Position numbers and translations under genes: made by a program
The notes under the pieces: model-generated
The model's database searches: none
The model's input: the letters and a program-made list of their open reading frames with translations, nothing else
Told to the model about the DNA's origin: nothing
NCBI GenBank assembly: GCA_025558095.1
Contig: JAIVFI010000015.1
Coordinates: 1 to 64,000, forward strand
Length of the DNA: 64,000 nucleotides
Reading direction: 5' to 3'
Origin: Hyaloraphidium curvatum SAG 235-1
Taxonomy: Eukaryota; Fungi; Monoblepharomycota
Shown: piece after piece, positions 13,158 to 25,900 of the stretch
How the letters are laid out: each line of letters begins with the position of its first letter
Numbering within the stretch: the first letter of the stretch is position 1

Positions 13158-13766
13158 CCGCGCTTCGGCGCGTCCTCCCTCCCCCTCCCGGACGAGCTCG
13201 CCGAGACGCTGCCGGAAGCCTATCGGTTGGATCCCGCGGCGATGGCCGCCGGTGAACCCGCATTGGAACCGCCTGCGCCGCTGAGGGCCGGACGGATCGT
13301 CGTCGAGGTGTTCGAGAAGGAGTGCCCGAAGGCGGCGGCAAACTTCCTGTCCCTGGTCAGGGGCGGCACGGTGTCGACGGTGCTGAAGAAGGAGCTAGCG
13401 TACAAGGGGAACAGGTTCCACCGGATCGTGCGGGGGTTCGTGGCGCAGGCCGGCGTCATGAATGACAAGACCGGGGCGGGCGAGTCGGTCTACGGGGGCA
13501 CGTTCAACGACGATAAGGCCGGACTGAAGATGAAGCACGACGCGCCGGGCGTGCTGGGCATGGCCAACTCGGGGAAGCCCAACACGAACACGTCCCAGTT
13601 CTACCTTACCTTCGGCAAGGACGAGAGGCTGGACGGAAAGCACGTCGTTTTTGGCCGGGTGGTCGAAGGCATCGAAGTGCTGCGAATGATCGAGGAGGAG
13701 GCGGCGAAGGAGGATGGGAAGCCGCCGAAGGCGGTGATCGCGATCGCGGACTGCGGCGGTCTTTGA
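13158..13766 (+). pseudogene. 5'-truncated cyclophilin paralog
   Basis: Matches 35255-35863 (FHRIVRGFVAQAG, MANSGKPNTNTSQF, HVVFGRV). The native start and promoter are deleted; an in-frame Met (AMAAGEP) remains upstream of the core. Confidence 0.8.
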
Positions 13767-14194
13767 ACGAGGAAGGGCTCCGGCTGGAATGAGCTCACGG
13801 GTCGCAGAAGATGACGGTGCTGGTGCGAGGGACGGGCCGTGCTGGGGCCGGCGGACCGATCAGGGCAGGCACGGCACGCATTGACACTGCCATCTCTGCG
13901 GAGCGAGATGGAAGCAGGAGCTGATGATGAGGCCTTTCGTAGCATTACTCTCGTACTACTTCGACTTGCGATTGAGGCGCGAAGTTCGAATCAGCGCTCA
14001 TTAGCGCTCCGAACCGAGCGCCCCACAACTGGCTTAGTGGTCTTCCCGAGTCGGGCCCTCGGGTTTGTACCTTACCCGGGTCGCTTCCGGTTAAACAGCG
14101 CCGGGCACCGCTTGGTGCCTGCGGCCATACGTCTCAACTGGTCCCGCCGTCCCGATACCTTTCGAATCTCGGGCCGGGACAACATCGCGCCGCC

Positions 14195-15204
14195 ATGTTC
14201 TCCGTGCTCTTTGCTATTCGCATGTTCGACCCGCGCTGCCGAAGTTTCTTTGAGCTGGGCGAAGGGAGCTTTGGCGTCAGTGAACGCGCCCTGAGGTTCC
14301 TCCTGCGCTCGACGATGACGCGACCGGACCTCGAGGAACCCGAGCTGGGGCCCGCTTTCGAATTCTTGAAATCCGTCGTCGCGTTGCGCGAGTGGGATTG
14401 CGTCAGGTGCGGGGCTCCGGCCGACGTCGAGATGCCCCAGCACCTGCGGTTCCCGTTCGAGGCACCGGCGCCAAGGATGGCGTTCACCGCGGTGCCCACC
14501 TGCGGACGGCCCAACTGTGTCTACGAGGGCACTCGCTTTCTCGTAAACGCTGGTCAAATTGCGGTACCGCTGTGGACGAAAGGGCCGGGCAACACCCAAG
14601 CGGACGCCCGAAACCAGAAGGCCGCGGTGCTGGTGACGCTCAAAGTCCGGACTGGAAAGAGCGAGGGGGCTATCATCGATGTGCCGGTCACAATCGAAGT
14701 CGACGCCGGACTGGTTGAGACCATGGCCACCGTGGTAGAGCTGAACAAGGCCATCGACAGCGCGACCGCACCACACATGGAAGCCACCCTTCAGAGCCTG
14801 CTACCTCCCTGCACTGCGCGTCTTGCGACGGTCCTGTTGTAGTCGGAGATCCCTGGCAGGGCTACATCGTGGTGCAAGGGGACCTTCGCAGCGCCGACAA
14901 CTTCTGCCACGTTTTGTGCGCGTCGTCAAGGAATCCGAAGTGCGTCGCGGCTTCGATGCACATCATGAAGCGTGACACGGCCACCGTCATGGATCCCAAG
15001 ATGCTAATCAAGGCGGTCCGATGCGTAGTCTGCGGTGGGATCACCTCCGATCCCACGAAGGAGTTCAAGTGCTGCTCGCGCTGCAAGCAAGCTCGCTACT
15101 GCTCGAAGGAGTGCCAGGCCGCGGACTGGCCGAAGCACAAGCCCGTTTGCAACGCGATCGTGGAAATGAAGAAGAGCGGGGAGCTGAAGGGCGGGAAGAA
15201 GTAG
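14195..15204 (+). pseudogene. MYND zinc-finger protein with a frameshift near 14805
   Basis: Paralog of 41611-42627, ending in CVVC..CSRCKQARYCSKECQAADWPKHKPVC. The frame changes at LLPP|LHCASCD. Confidence 0.75.
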
Positions 15205-15242
15205 TTGGGGAGAGACCAATTGTGTTCGACGCACGGGGGGGA

Positions 15243-15640
15243 TGACCCCATACACAGCGTCTCCATCGTCACATACACCCCCTCAGTATCCCCCACAGTC
15301 CGGTCCCGACGGTGAACACCACCACCACCAGCGTCCTCAGGCTCCCGTACCCAACCGCGAACCCCAGCAGCCTCACCCTCCCGTCACCGACCTCGGCGCA
15401 CGAGCCAGCAGAACCTCGTGCCCCGCGATCTCGTCGCGAACGGGGTCGCCGGGGGGGAAGCGAAGCCGCAGGGAGCGGAGGTCCCGCCGCGCGAGGCGGT
15501 ACAGGTCCATGAGCGACTCGGCCTGCGCATTGCAGGCGGCGATGGTGAGCATGTCAAAGCCCAGGCTGTAGCCGAGGAAGAGCAGGAAAAGGGAAGGCCA
15601 CGGATTCGGGCGGCCGGCTTGCTCCGCAGGATCCAACAGC
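15243..15640 (-). pseudogene. 3' fragment of the multi-TM family gene at 35962-37412
   Basis: LFLLFLGYSLGFDMLTIAACNAQAESL...RLLGFAVGYGSLRTLVVVV matches ~35962-36350, with small deletions. Confidence 0.8.
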
Positions 15641-15890
15641 CCTCGTCCCCGAGCTCCCACTAGCCGCGAGCTCGCGCTTCTGCAGGCGCTTCCGCCGTCA
15701 CGGCTGCCATCCCTGCTCGAGGTGCAGTTCGACGCCCTCCTCGGGCGCCATGCACCGCGAATCGATGAGGATGGTTCCTGCGTGTCGAGCGGTACCCGCT
15801 TCTCGAAGCGGAAGACGCGTCACCTTGGCGTGGTTTATGGCGCGCTGCTGCACGTGCCTTGAGAATGTCGATGACGAAGTGAAGGAGATG

Positions 15891-16053
15891 GGTGCCGTCG
15901 GGGCCTGTGACGCTGACCGGGTTGCCGAGATCGTCCGTGCCGACCAGGTTGATGGTCACGCCGGGGATGCCGGTTCGGGAACAGGTAGGTTCCGTCCCGG
16001 CCCGTGGTCGTCGTGAGGCTGACCGGGTGGCCTAGGTCGTCCGTGCCGACCAG
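15891..16053 (-). pseudogene. Two truncated SdrD-B/Cna-B-like repeat fragments
   Basis: LVGTDDLGHPVSLTTTTGRDGTYLFPN and GIPGVTINLVGTDDLGNPVS..TGPDGT. Confidence 0.6.
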
Positions 16054-16370
16054 GCGCCGCCGAGCCGGACCGCGGTTTCGGCCGGCCGGTCCGCGATGGC
16101 CGGCCCTCGCGGGCGGGCGGCAGAGGTCACGCGACGGAGGGCCCCCGGACATCGAGGCCGTCCGGCGCCGAGGCCGAGCAGGAGAAGGCCGTCGAGGCGC
16201 TCGCCCGGAAGCGGGTGGGGGACACAGCTCATTGGTCCGCCCTTCTTCCTGCGCATCCCCGAAGCCCAACGCGCGATTCCGGAGGTCCGGCACGCACAGC
16301 AGCGGAATAATGGAAATTTGTCGATGCTGCGATGGCGACCTTCTTCACGTTGGGAACGGAGCTGTTGGCA

Positions 16371-16394
16371 TGGTCTGGTCTGGTCTGGTCTGGT
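16371..16394 (-). repeat. (TGGTC)~5 microsatellite, interpreted as the LINE 3' tail
   Basis: tggtctggtctggtctggtctggt lies directly downstream of the LINE 3' UTR on the minus strand. Confidence 0.85.
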
Positions 16395-16976
16395 ATTTTC
16401 CGTCGGCGTCGCAATACACGAGGTAGATCGATGCCACTAGGTTATCGCGCCAAAGCGCTGTGTCCGCCGTCAATTCCTTTCCGTCAAATCCATTTCGCCA
16501 TCGCCGCTTGGCGTTTCAGAGCTCCGGATCGGTCTTCTTCTCGCGCACCTTCAAGGCCGAAGCCACGAAGGACGCTACCCATTTCCGAGTCCGGGGGGGC
16601 AGGCGCTCATCCTCCAGCATTGTCGAAGGGTCCTGCCACGTCGTCTTGAACAAGGCGGGCGACCAAGTGCGCCCAACCGTCGCTAGGCGGTCGACGAGCA
16701 CCGCCCGCGAAGCAGCCACGTGCGTGCACTCGAAGAGCAGGTGCAGCTCGTCATCCACGGCACGCTCATCCGTGCCACCAATCCTCCATCCACAATTGCA
16801 CACCCGCTGGTAGCGCGGCACCGCGGAGCCGTCGAGGTTGCGTTCGCGCCGGCCCGTCTCCGGCCGGAGGCAATGAGTGCTCGTGAGGAGCCGCAGCATC
16901 GCTGTCCGCTGTGTACGATGCACGAGATTCAGCACCGGGTGCCGGCTAAAGTTCCACTCCGAGTCCTCCAGCTGTA
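16371..16976 (-). mobile_element. 3' end of a 5'-truncated LINE (RTE-X/L2-like C-terminal zinc-knuckle region) with 3' UTR and simple-repeat tail
   Basis: RLLTSTHCLRPETGR..PRYQRVCNC..DDELHLLFEC motif, stop at 16516, ~120 nt UTR, then an (AGACC)n tail. Confidence 0.8.
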
Positions 16977-19900
16977 GCTGCGCATGGCTCGAGACGCCCA
17001 CCGAAGCGCCGGTCCGACAGCAGCGCCCATGGCCCCGCCGCTGCCACTTTGCTCCATCAAATAGCACTGCTAGCTTCCAGATCCGTAGTTGAATCGTTGC
17101 CGGAAAACTATCCGCGGAAGGATTGGGGTCGGCCGCGCGGCGCGGCGCATGGCTCGAGACGCCCACCGAAGCGCCGGTCCGACAGCAGCGCCCATGGCCC
17201 CGCCGCTGCAACTTTGCTCCATCAAATAGCACTGCTAGCATCCAGATCCGTGGTTGAGTCGCTGCCGGAAAACTATCTGCGGGAGGATTGGGGTCGGCCG
17301 CGCGGCGCGGCGCATGGCTCGAGACGCCCACCGAAGCGCCGGTCCGACCGCAGCGCCCATGGCCCCGCCACTGCCACTTTGCTCCATCAAATAGCACTGC
17401 TAGCTTCCAGATCCGTAGTTGAATCTTTGCCGGAAAACTATCTGCGCGAGGATTGGGGTCGGCCGCGCTGCGCATGGCTGGAGACGCCCACCGAAGCGCC
17501 GGTCCGACCGCAGCGCCCATGGCCCCGCGGCTGCCACTTTGTAGCATCGAAAAGCACTCTTGGCTTCCAGATCCGTGGTTGAGTCGTTGCCGGAAAACTA
17601 TCTGCGGGAGGATTGGGGTCGGCCGCGCGGCGCGGCGCATGGCTCGAGACGCCCACCGAAGCGCCGGTCCGACCGCAGCGCCCATGGCCCCGCGGCTGCC
17701 ACTTTGCTCCATCAAATAGCACTGCTAGCTTCCAGATCCGTAGTTGAATCTTTGCCGGAAAACTATCTGCGCGAGGATTGGGGTCGGCCGCGCTGCGCAT
17801 GGCTGGAGACGCCCACCGAAGCGCCGGTCCGACCGCAGCGCCCATGGCCCCGCGGCTGCCACTTTGCAGCATCGAAAAGCACTTTTGGCTTCCAGATCCG
17901 TGGTTGAGTCGCTGCCGGAAAACTATCTGCGGGAGGATTGGGGTCGGCCGCGCGGCGCGGCGCATGGCTCGAGACGCCCACCGAAGCGCCGGTCCGACCG
18001 CAGCGCCCATGGCCCCGCCGCTGCCACTTTGCTCCATCAAATAGCACTGCTAGCTTCCAGATCCGTAGTTGAATCGTTGCCGGAAAACTATCTGCGCGTG
18101 GATTGGGGTCGGCCGCGCGGCGCGGCGCATGGCTCGAGACGCCCACCGAAGCGCCCGTCCGACCGCAGCGCCCAAGGCCCCGCCACTGCCACTTTGCTCC
18201 ATCAAATAGCACTGCTAGCTTCCAGATCCGTAGTTGAATCTTTGCCGGAAAACTATCTGCGCGAGGATTGGGGTCGGCCGCGCTGCGCATGGCTGGAGAC
18301 GCCCACCGAAGCGCCGGTCCGACCGCAGCGCCCATGGCCCCGCCACTGCCACTTTGCTCCATCAAATAGCACTGCTAGCTTCCAGATCCGTGGTTGAATC
18401 TTTGCCGGAAAACTATCTGCGGGAGGATTGGGGTCGGCCGCGCGGCGCGGCGCATGGCTCGAGACGCCCACCGAAGCGCCGGTCCGACCGCAGCGCCCAT
18501 GGCCCCGCGGCTGCCACTTTGCTCCATCAAATAGCACTGCTAGCTTCCAGATCCGTAGTTGAATCTTTGCCGGAAAACTATCTGCGCGAGGATTGGGGTC
18601 GGCCGCGCTGCGCATGGCTGGAGACGCCCACCGAAGCGCCGGTCCGACCGCAGCGCCCATGGCCCCGCGGCTGCCACTTTGTAGCATCGAACAGCACTCT
18701 TGGCTTCCAGATCCGTGGTTGAATCTTTGCCGGAAAACTATCTGCGGGAGGATTGGGGTCGGCCGCGCGGCGCGGCGCATGGCTCGAGACGCCCACCGAA
18801 GCGCCGGTCCGACACCAGCGCCCATGGCCCCGCGGCTGCCACTTTGTAGCATCAAAAAGCACTCTTGGCTTCCAGATCCGTGGTTGAGTCGCTGCCGGAA
18901 AACTATCTGCGGGAGGATTGGGGTCGGCCGCGCGGCGCGGCGCATGGCTCGAGACGCCCACCGAAGCGCCGGTCCGACCGCAGCGCCCATGGCCCCGCCA
19001 CTGCCACTTTGCTCCATCAAATAGCACTGCTAGCTTCCAGATCCGTAGTTGAATCTTTGCCGGAAAACTATCTGCGGGAGGATTGGGGTCGGCCGCGCGG
19101 CGCGGCGCATGGCTCGAGACGCCCACCGAAGCGCCGGTCCGACCGCAGCGCCCATGGCCCCGCGGCTGCCACTTTGCAGCATCGAAAAGCACTTTTGGCT
19201 TCCAGATCCGTGGTTGAGTCGCTGCCGGAAAACTATCTGCGGGAGGATTGGGGTCGGCCGCGCTGCGCATGGCTGGAGACGCCCACCGAAGCGCCGGTCC
19301 GACCGCAGCGCCCATGGCCCCGCGGCTGCCACTTTGTAGCATCGAACAGCACTCTTGGCTTCCAGATCCGTGGTTGAATCTTTGCCGGAAAACTATCTGC
19401 GGGAGGATTGGGGTCGGCCGCGCGGCGCGGCGCATGGCTCGAGACGCCCACCGAAGCGCCGGTCCGACACCAGCGCCCATGGCCCCGCGGCTGCCACTTT
19501 GTAGCATCAAAAAGCACTCTTGGCTTCCAGATCCGTGGTTGAGTCGCTGCCGGAAAACTATCTGCGGGAGGATTGGGGTCGGCCGCGCGGCGCGGCGCAT
19601 GGCTCGAGACGCCCACCGAAGCGCCGGTCCGACAGCAGCGCCCATGGCCCCGCGGCTGCCACTTTGTAGCATCAAAAAGCACTCTTGGCTTCCAGATCCG
19701 TGGTTGAGTCGCTGCCGGAAAACTATCTGCGGGAGGATTGGGGTCGGCCGCGCGGCGCGGCGCATGGCTCGAGACGCCCACCGAAGCGCCGGTCCGACAG
19801 CAGCGCCCATGGCCCCGCCGCTGCAACTTTGCTCCATCAAATAGCACTGCTAGCATCCAGATCCGTGGTTGAGTCGCTGCCGGAAAACTATCTGCGGGAG

Positions 19901-22900
19901 GATTGGGGTCGGCCGCGCGGCGCGGCGCATGGCTCGAGACGCCCACCGAAGCGCCGGTCCGACCGCAGCGCCCATGGCCCCGCGGCTGCCACTTTGCTCC
20001 ATCAAATAGCACTGCTAGCTTCCAGATCCGTAGTTGAATCTTTGCCGGAAAACTATCTGCGCGAGGATTGGGGTCGGCCGCGCTGCGCATGGCTGGAGAC
20101 GCCCACCGAAGCGCCGGTCCGACCGCAGCGCCCATGGCCCCGCGGCTGCCACTTTGTAGCATCGAAAAGCACTCTTGGCTTCCAGATCCGTGGTTGAGTC
20201 GTTGCCGGAAAACTATCTGCGGGAGGATTGGGGTCGGCCGCGCGGCGCGGCGCATGGCTCGAGACGCCCACCGAAGCGCCGGTCCGACACCAGCGCCCAT
20301 GGCCCCGCGGCTGCCACTTTGTAGCATCAAAAAGCACTCTTGGCTTCCAGATCCGTGGTTGAGTCGCTGCCGGAAAACTATCTGCGGGAGGATTGGGGTC
20401 GGCCGCGCGGCGCGGCGCATGGCTCGAGACGCCCACCGAAGCGCCGGTCCGACAGCAGCGCCCATGGCCCCGCCGCTGCAACTTTGCTCCATCAAATAGC
20501 ACTGCTAGCATCCAGATCCGTGGTTGAGTCGCTGCCGGAAAACTATCTGCGGGAGGATTGGGGTCGGCCGCGCGGCGCGGCGCATGGCTCGAGACGCCCA
20601 CCGAAGCGCCGGTCCGACCGCAGCGCCCATGGCCCCGCGGCTGCCACTTTGCTCCATCAAATAGCACTGCTAGCTTCCAGATCCGTAGTTGAATCTTTGC
20701 CGGAAAACTATCTGCGCGAGGATTGGGGTCGGCCGCGCTGCGCATGGCTGGAGACGCCCACCGAAGCGCCGGTCCGACCGCAGCGCCCATGGCCCCGCGG
20801 CTGCCACTTTGTAGCATCGAAAAGCACTCTTGGCTTCCAGATCCGTGGTTGAGTCGTTGCCGGAAAACTATCTGCGGGAGGATTGGGGTCGGCCGCGCGG
20901 CGCGGCGCATGGCTCGAGACGCCCACCGAAGCGCCGGTCCGACAGCAGCGCCCATGGCCCCGCCGCTGCAACTTTGCTCCATCAAATAGCACTGCTAGCA
21001 TCCAGATCCGTGGTTGAGTCGCTGCCGGAAAACTATCTCCGGGAGGATTGGGGTCGGCCGCGCGGCGCGGCGCATGGCTCGAGACGCCCACCGAAGCGCC
21101 GGTCCGACCGCAGCGCCCATGGCCCCGCCACTGCCACTTTGCAGCATCGAAAAGCACTTTTGGCTTCCAGATCCGTGGTTGAGTCGCTGCCGGAAAACTA
21201 TCTGCGGGAGGATTGGGGTCGGCCGCGCTGCGCATGGCTGGAGACGCCCACCGAAGCGCCGGTCCGACCGCAGCGCCCATGGCCCCGCCACTGCCACTTT
21301 GCAGCATCGAAAAGCACTTTTGGCTTCCAGATCCGTGGTTGAGTCGCTGCCGGAAAACTATCTGCGGGAGGATTGGGGTCGGCCGCGCGGCGCGGCGCAT
21401 GGCTCGAGACGCCCACCGAAGCGCCGGTCCGACAGCAGCGCCCATGGCCCCGCCACTGCCACTTTGCTCCATCAAATAGCACTGCTAGCTTCCAGATCCG
21501 TGGTTGAGTCGCTGCCGGAAAACTATCTGCGGGAGGATTGGGGTCGGCCGCGCGGCGCGGCGCATGGCTCGAGACGCCCACCGAAGCGCCGGTCCGACCG
21601 CAGCGCCCATGGCCCCGCCGCTGCCACTTTGCAGCATCGAAAAGCACTTTTGGCTTCCAGATCCGTGGTTGAGTCGCTGCCGGAAAACTATCTGCGGGAG
21701 GATTGGGGTCGGCCGCGCGGCGCGGCGCATGGCTCGAGACGCCCACCGAAGCGCCGGTCCGACAGCAGCGCCCATGGCCCCGCCGCTGCAACTTTGCTCC
21801 ATCAAATAGCACTGCTAGCATCCAGATCCGTGGTTGAGTCGCTGCCGGAAAACTATCTGCGGGAGGATTGGGGTCGGCCGCGCGGCGCGGCGCATGGCTC
21901 GAGACGCCCACCGAAGCGCCGGTCCGACCGCAGCGCCCATGGCCCCGCGGCTGCCACTTTGCTCCATCAAATAGCACTGCTAGCTTCCAGATCCGTAGTT
22001 GAATCTTTGCCGGAAAACTATCTGCGCGAGGATTGGGGTCGGCCGCGCTGCGCATGGCTGGAGACGCCCACCGAAGCGCCGGTCCGACCGCAGCGCCCAT
22101 GGCCCCGCGGCTGCCACTTTGTAGCATCGAAAAGCACTCTTGGCTTCCAGATCCGTGGTTGAGTCGTTGCCGGAAAACTATCTGCGGGAGGATTGGGGTC
22201 GGCCGCGCGGCGCGGCGCATGGCTCGAGACGCCCATCGAAGCGCCGGTCCGACAGCAGCGCCCATGGCCCCGCCGCTGCAACTTTGCTCCATCAAATAGC
22301 ACTGCTAGCATCCAGATCCGTGGTTGAGTCGCTGCCGGAAAACTATCTGCGGGAGGATTGGGGTCGGCCGCGCGGCGCGGCGCATGGCTCGAGACGCCCA
22401 CCGAAGCGCCGGTCCGACCGCAGCGCCCATGGCCCCGCCACTGCCACTTTGCTCCATCAAATAGCACTGCTAGCTTCCAGATCCGTGGTTGAATCTTTGC
22501 CGGAAAACTATCTGCGGGAGGATTGGGGTCGGCCGCGCGGCGCGGCGCATGGCTCGAGACGCCCACCGAAGCGCCGGTCCGACCGCAGCGCCCATGGCCC
22601 CGCGGCTGCCACTTTGCAGCATCGAAAAGCACTTTTGGCTTCCAGATCCGTGGTTGAGTCGCTGCCGGAAAACTATCTGCGGGAGGATTGGGGTCGGCCG
22701 CGCGGCGCGGCGCATGGCTCGAGACGCCCACCGAAGCGCCGGTCCGACCGCAGCGCCCATGGCCCCGCCGCTGCCACTTTGCAGCATCGAAAAGCACTTT
22801 TGGCTTCCAGATCCGTGGTTGAGTCGCTGCCGGAAAACTATCTGCGGGAGGATTGGGGTCGGCCGCGCGGCGCGGCGCATGGCTCGAGACGCCCACCGAA

Positions 22901-25900
22901 GCGCCGGTCCGACAGCAGCGCCCATGGCCCCGCCGCTGCAACTTTGCTCCATCAAATAGCACTGCTAGCATCCAGATCCGTGGTTGAGTCGCTGCCGGAA
23001 AACTATCTGCGGGAGGATTGGGGTCGGCCGCGCGGCGCGGCGCATGGCTCGAGACGCCCACCGAAGCGCCGGTCCGACCGCAGCGCCCATGGCCCCGCGG
23101 CTGCCACTTTGCAGCATCGAAAAGCACTTTTGGCTTCCAGATCCGTGGTTGAGTCGCTGCCGGAAAACTATCTGCGGGAGGATTGGGGTCGGCCGCGCGG
23201 CGCGGCGCATGGCTCGAGACGCCCACCGAAGCGCCGGTCCGACCGCAGCGCCCATGGCCCCGCCGCTGCCACTTTGCTCCATCAAATAGCACAGCTAGCT
23301 TCCAGATCCGTAGTTGAATCGTTGCCGGAAAACTATCTGCGCGTGGATTGGAGTCGGCCGCGCGGCGCGGCGCATGGCTCGAGACGCCCACCGAAGCGCC
23401 GGTCCGACCGCAGCGCCCATGGCCCCGCCACTGCCACTTTGCTCCATCAAATAGCACTGCTAGCTTCCAGATCCGTGGTTGAATCTTTGCCGGAAAACTA
23501 TCTGCGGGAGGATTGGGGTCGGCCGCGCGGCGCGGCGCATGGCTCGAGACGCCCACCGAAGCGCCGGTCCGACAGCAGCGCCCATGGCCCCGCGGCTGCC
23601 ACTTTGTAGCATCGAAAAGCACTTGTGGCTTCCAGATCCGTGATTGAGTCGCTGCCGGAAAACTATCTGCGGGAGGATTGGGGTCGGCCGCGCGGCGCGG
23701 CGCATGGCTCGAGACGCCCACCGAAGCGCCGGTCCGACCGCAGCGCCCATGGCCCCGCGGCTGCCACTTTGTAGCATCGAACAGCACTCTTGGCTTCCAG
23801 ATCCGTGGTTGAATCTTTGCCGGAAAACTATCTGCGGGAGGATTGGGGTCGGCCGCGCGGCGCGGCGCATGGCTCGAGACGCCCACCGAAGCGCCGGTCC
23901 GACCGCAGCGCCCATGGCCCCGCGGCTGCCACTTTGTAGCATCGAACAGCACTCTTGGCTTCCAGATCCGTGGTTGAATCTTTGCCGGAAAACTATCTGC
24001 GGGAGGATTGGGGTCGGCCGCGCGGCGCGGCGCATGGCTCGAGACGCCCACCGAAGCGCCGGTCCGACCGCAGCGCCCATGGCCCCGCGGCTGCCACTTT
24101 GTAGCATCGAACAGCACTCTTGGCTTCCAGATCCGTGGTTGAGTCGCTGCCGGAAAACTATCTGCGGGAGGATTGGGGTCGGCCGCGCGGCGCGGCGCAT
24201 GGCTCGAGACGCCCACCGAAGCGCCGGTCCGACAGCAGCGCCCATGGCCCCGCCGCTGCAACTTTGCTCCATCAAATAGCACTGCTAGCATCCAGATCCG
24301 TGGTTGAGTCGCTGCCGGAAAACTATCTCCGGGAGGATTGGGGTCGGCCGCGCGGCGCGGCGCATGGCTCGAGACGCCCACCGAAGCGCCGGTCCGACCG
24401 CAGCGCCCATGGCCCCGCCACTGCCACTTTGCTCCATCAAATAGCACTGCTAGCTTCCAGATCCGTGGTTGAATCTTTGCCGGAAAACTATCTGCGGGAG
24501 GATTGGGGTCGGCCGCGCGGCGCGGCGCATGGCTCGAGACGCCCACCGAAGCGCCGGTCCGACCGCAGCGCCCATGGCCCCGCGGCTGCCACTTTGCAGC
24601 ATCGAAAAGCACTTTTGGCTTCCAGATCCGTGGTTGAGTCGCTGCCGGAAAACTATCTGCGGGAGGATTGGGGTCGGCCGCGCGGCGCGGCGCATGGCTC
24701 GAGACGCCCACCGAAGCGCCGGTCCGACCGCAGCGCCCATGGCCCCGCCACTGCCACTTTGCTCCATCAAATAGCACTGCTAGCTTCCAGATCCGTGGTT
24801 GAGTCGCTGCCGGAAAACTATCTGCGGGAGGATTGGGGTCGGCCGCGCGGCGCGGCGCATGGCTCGAGACGCCCACCGAAGCGCCGGTCCGACAGCAGCG
24901 CCCATGGCCCCGCCGCTGCAACTTTGCTCCATCAAATAGCACTGCTAGCATCCAGATCCGTGGTTGAGTCGCTGCCGGAAAACTATCTCCGGGAGGATTG
25001 GGGTCGGCCGCGCGGCGCGGCGCATGGCTCGAGACGCCCACCGAAGCGCCGGTCCGACCGCAGCGCCCATGGCCCCGCCACTGCCACTTTGCTCCATCAA
25101 ATAGCACTGCTAGCTTCCAGATCCGTAGTTGAATCTTTGCCGGAAAACTATCTGCGCGAGGATTGGGGTCGGCCGCGCTGCGCATGGCTGGAGACGCCCA
25201 CCGAAGCGCCGGTCCGACCGCAGCGCCCATGGCCCCGCGGCTGCCACTTTGTAGCATCGAACAGCACTCTTGGCTTCCAGATCCGTGGTTGAATCTTTGC
25301 CGGAAAACTATCTGCGGGAGGATTGGGGTCGGCCGCGCGGCGCGGCGCATGGCTCGAGACGCCCACCGAAGCGCCGGTCCGACCGCAGCGCCCATGGCCC
25401 CGCCGCTGCCACTTTGCTCCATCAAATAGCACTGCTAGCTTCCAGATCCGTAGTTGAATCGTTGCCGGAAAACTATCTGCGCGTGGATTGGAGTCGGCCG
25501 CGCGGCGCGGCGCATGGCTCGAGACGCCCACCGAAGCGCCGGTCCGACAGCAGCGCCCATGGCCCCGCCGCTGCAACTTTGCTCCATCAAATAGCACTGC
25601 TAGCATCCAGATCCGTGGTTGAGTCGCTGCCGGAAAACTATCTGCGGGAGGATTGGGGTCGGCCGCGCGGCGCGGCGCATGGCTCGAGACGCCCACCGAA
25701 GCGCCGGTCCGACCGCAGCGCCCATGGCCCCGCGGCTGCCACTTTGCAGCATCGAAAAGCACTTTTGGCTTCCAGATCCGTGGTTGAGTCGCTGCCGGAA
25801 AACTATCTGCGGGAGGATTGGGGTCGGCCGCGCGGCGCGGCGCATGGCTCGAGACGCCCACCGAAGCGCCGGTCCGACACCAGCGCCCATGGCCCCGCGG

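Noticed and set aside
1-16370. Starship, Helitron or endogenous giant virus as carrier
   Set aside because: No tyrosine recombinase, Rep/helicase, transposase or viral core genes were found, and no terminal structures.
16371-16394. Telomeric repeat
   Set aside because: It is short and internal, and positioned as a LINE tail.
16977-17145. Unit as a tRNA, 5S, spliced-leader or hammerhead RNA
   Set aside because: No cloverleaf, clear Pol III boxes or CUGANGA/GAAA core was recognised, only a short cUUCGg hairpin. An Infernal/Rfam search would be needed.
22018-25425. 1135-aa repeat protein and other ORFs in the array
   Set aside because: A GC-rich unit with length divisible by 3 gives ORFs on both strands. 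Variants are mostly non-synonymous and 5-bp deletions shift frames.
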